A stretch of 64,000 nt of DNA, taken from NCBI GenBank assembly GCA_965655095.1, contig OZ296658.1, positions 75,020,001 to 75,084,000 on the forward strand, in the 5' to 3' direction. This document shows positions 63,301 through 64,000 of this stretch, one piece after another. Every line of letters starts with the position of its first letter. Positions within the stretch are counted from its first letter, which is position 1. Position numbers and translations under genes: made by a program. This stretch comes from Haplodiscus bocki. Taxonomy: Eukaryota. The notes under the pieces were generated by a model that saw only the letters and a program-made list of their open reading frames with translations, was not told where the DNA came from and ran no database searches.

Positions 63301-64000
63301 GAGCAAAGGATGGAGGCCCGGCCGCCGAGCCAAGGTTGATGGTTCGACATGGAGGTGACTTCCAGAAGTTCTGGCTTTTGGAGAAAAACTGCAGATACGC
63401 TAAGAAGATGACAGAGTCTAGAACTGAGGCTTTGAGTTCAGGTCTTCGTGGATATTGGACAATAGCAATTTATGACAAATCAAGAAATCTTGAATTAGCT
63501 GATTTGAAATGGAACTTGCTGAGCACTTTGACTGGTCAGGGCGTCTTCATCTGTGAGTCTCATGACGTTCCTTTGACAAGAGACTTCAGAAAGAGCAGTT
63601 TTCGTTGTAGATGCACCCGTGCTTCTTTTTTGCGTTGCCCTTATTCCCAATGTAACAGTTGCGTATGCAAGCGTCACTTCAACGAAGGTGTACAGAATCC
63701 GAATAGACGTGTTCTTGTTGATCCAATGCCGATGTCGGAAAAGAAGGCAAATACGCATTTGTCTCCTGTTAATTCAGAGTCGTCTAGCTTGCGAGTTGTA
63801 TCCGAAACATCATCTATTGTAGAGTCTATCGAATCAAGCGAGCCTGATGCAGCAGCAATTGCCTTTGGTATGGTGTCCAACAACAATTTGTCTGTTGTTG
63901 GGGATTTTTCTTTGGAAGTTGACAACCATGAACCTCTTGAAGAAAGCATAAATGTATTGGCTAGTCTCCAAACTTGCCCTGATAAAAAAGCTCTTTTCAT
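57321..64000 (+). mobile_element. Long Helitron-like element L5 (3' truncated by the window)
   Basis: Starts after the junction 18-mer ending at 57320. Leader and ORF1 5' part are near-identical to L2. Confidence 0.87.
60486..64000 (+). CDS. ORF1 of L5, N-terminal ~1171 codons, open to the window end (not in the supplied ORF track)
   Basis: ATG at 60486 (AAAAC-ATG-AAG-CGT). Constant 31569 offset to L3 at several checkpoints. Lacks the L2 8-nt duplication and the L1, L2 and L4 stops in this interval. Confidence 0.82.
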   Translation, partial: MKRRRCTSCGQFAVASHVCLKDIDRELQSDEPLGILYKIPDISISVSPVARSETLNCLSTLGLTDFLVSLDVSIANDSIIYNLRPARVTAILGDGNCLFSSLAVALGLSQDCSSILRNIIVSNMMFINFPPNSLQTTIYSADFPNQYRVLLCTSIQEYLSLSKMEENGVFGTCVEIYAFCQIFQMDVYLYHVPLKSWLVYECSLSTNRRGIFIQQTWNANHFEVISELVSVANEENAAGSQRISCLGSNAMHFSSSVLGEDIESFRYPENTTGVPPAKKAKHTADPSTSKTCLETHVTHIPSQNSCNAKSDQNFPMLPLSENATKSVLSREIPKIEDLYTNTATVSHSDATIEQTTDGNSKSADGEFCGKCLRQSTLQYPLKLTKTEKSDFINRMFGNRIKDAFPILCNQCLLYCTSERIEWSHAWPSVFFTLLSDEKMPKEQQLNVLTLLSWELRQQWMGCLEKFTPCVQQFLNGKEINGKCVVDGTARLHYFQKLIKTLQQEQIAVALDKEPYPNVRCPFGCWCFIEESGLINAKHFLNLFDPAFTSFGASSHLHLRGIRSDFLVPTSSLRKFLIATTVRVDKVEGLVVHACLMHSKGSSVQYLHPPSHPVLSRTALIHDERLSMVAPTISWITNIKANFASHTYQLLKSVGSYSGMSTVQLRRRTRWDITSDILYHAEGLACRFREDVKTKICEWVKEGKIVEDVALGILDYPAQIENISECLLPALSTDLETCVEIAKVLDTNDKDYLNNVEALSCYSFAHGTGEYGCSPPPLNCKGSNVFWLVQAALCLSPLMCRSLVTSGKYSVTLRPLISSLRNVFITSKAMKKASNTLLLRRSEEAINTLLEKNRTEEQLKGVKYCCCHLAAQFLATVSENFCHIPLTNRKNITCYTNLQLPVETTHAIFTTNSPNNLRSKSEPPLKLVISDIGYELIAVGAKDGGPAAEPRLMVRHGGDFQKFWLLEKNCRYAKKMTESRTEALSSGLRGYWTIAIYDKSRNLELADLKWNLLSTLTGQGVFICESHDVPLTRDFRKSSFRCRCTRASFLRCPYSQCNSCVCKRHFNEGVQNPNRRVLVDPMPMSEKKANTHLSPVNSESSSLRVVSETSSIVESIESSEPDAAAIAFGMVSNNNLSVVGDFSLEVDNHEPLEESINVLASLQTCPDKKALF

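Larger units (their letters stand above)
1..64000 (+). repeat. Tandem head-to-tail array (macrosatellite) of ~14.74 kb Helitron-like elements with interspersed ~1.05 kb modules
   Basis: The same ORFs recur: ORF1 starts at 14180, 28917, 45751 and 60486; ORF1 stops at 6463, 22248, 36986 and 53818. Spacings of ~15.8, 14.7, 16.8 and 14.7 kb equal 14.74 kb plus 1, 0, 2 and 0 copies of a 1.05 kb module. Confidence 0.97.

Noticed and set aside
1-64000. Prophage, Polinton or endogenous virus
   Set aside because: No capsid, packaging ATPase, protein-primed polymerase or integrase motifs were recognised. The Rep and PIF1 motifs are Helitron-type.

Overview
The whole 64 kb window is a head-to-tail array of one large rolling-circle (Helitron-superfamily) transposon-like element, interspersed with short non-coding derivatives. 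No host gene is visible and the array runs off both ends. Order: L1 (partial, 1-9967), S1 (1048 bp), L2 (14734 bp), L3 (14741 bp), S2 (1044 bp), S3 (1047 bp), L4 (14739 bp), L5 (partial). Each long unit has a ~3.1 kb leader, an intronless ~8.07 kb ORF1 (2689 aa when reconstructed), a 336-aa ORF2 and a ~600 bp terminal block shared with the short units. ORF1 domain order: CxxC/HxC knuckle, OTU cysteine protease, Cys-rich/unknown region (possibly including a dead USP-like fold), HUH Rep with Y2 motif, PIF1-family helicase, C-terminal SLX1-like GIY-YIG endonuclease. All seven unit junctions contain an invariant 18-mer, TGACCACCCAGTGGAGGC, flanked by hairpins that show covariation, and flank types switch within it, which marks it as the candidate nick/joining site. 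ORF1 is disrupted in L1-L4 and open as far as visible in L5. The copies are recombinant mosaics that share premature stops in pairs. The host is probably eukaryotic (inference). Domain calls were made by eye from motifs; no searches were run.
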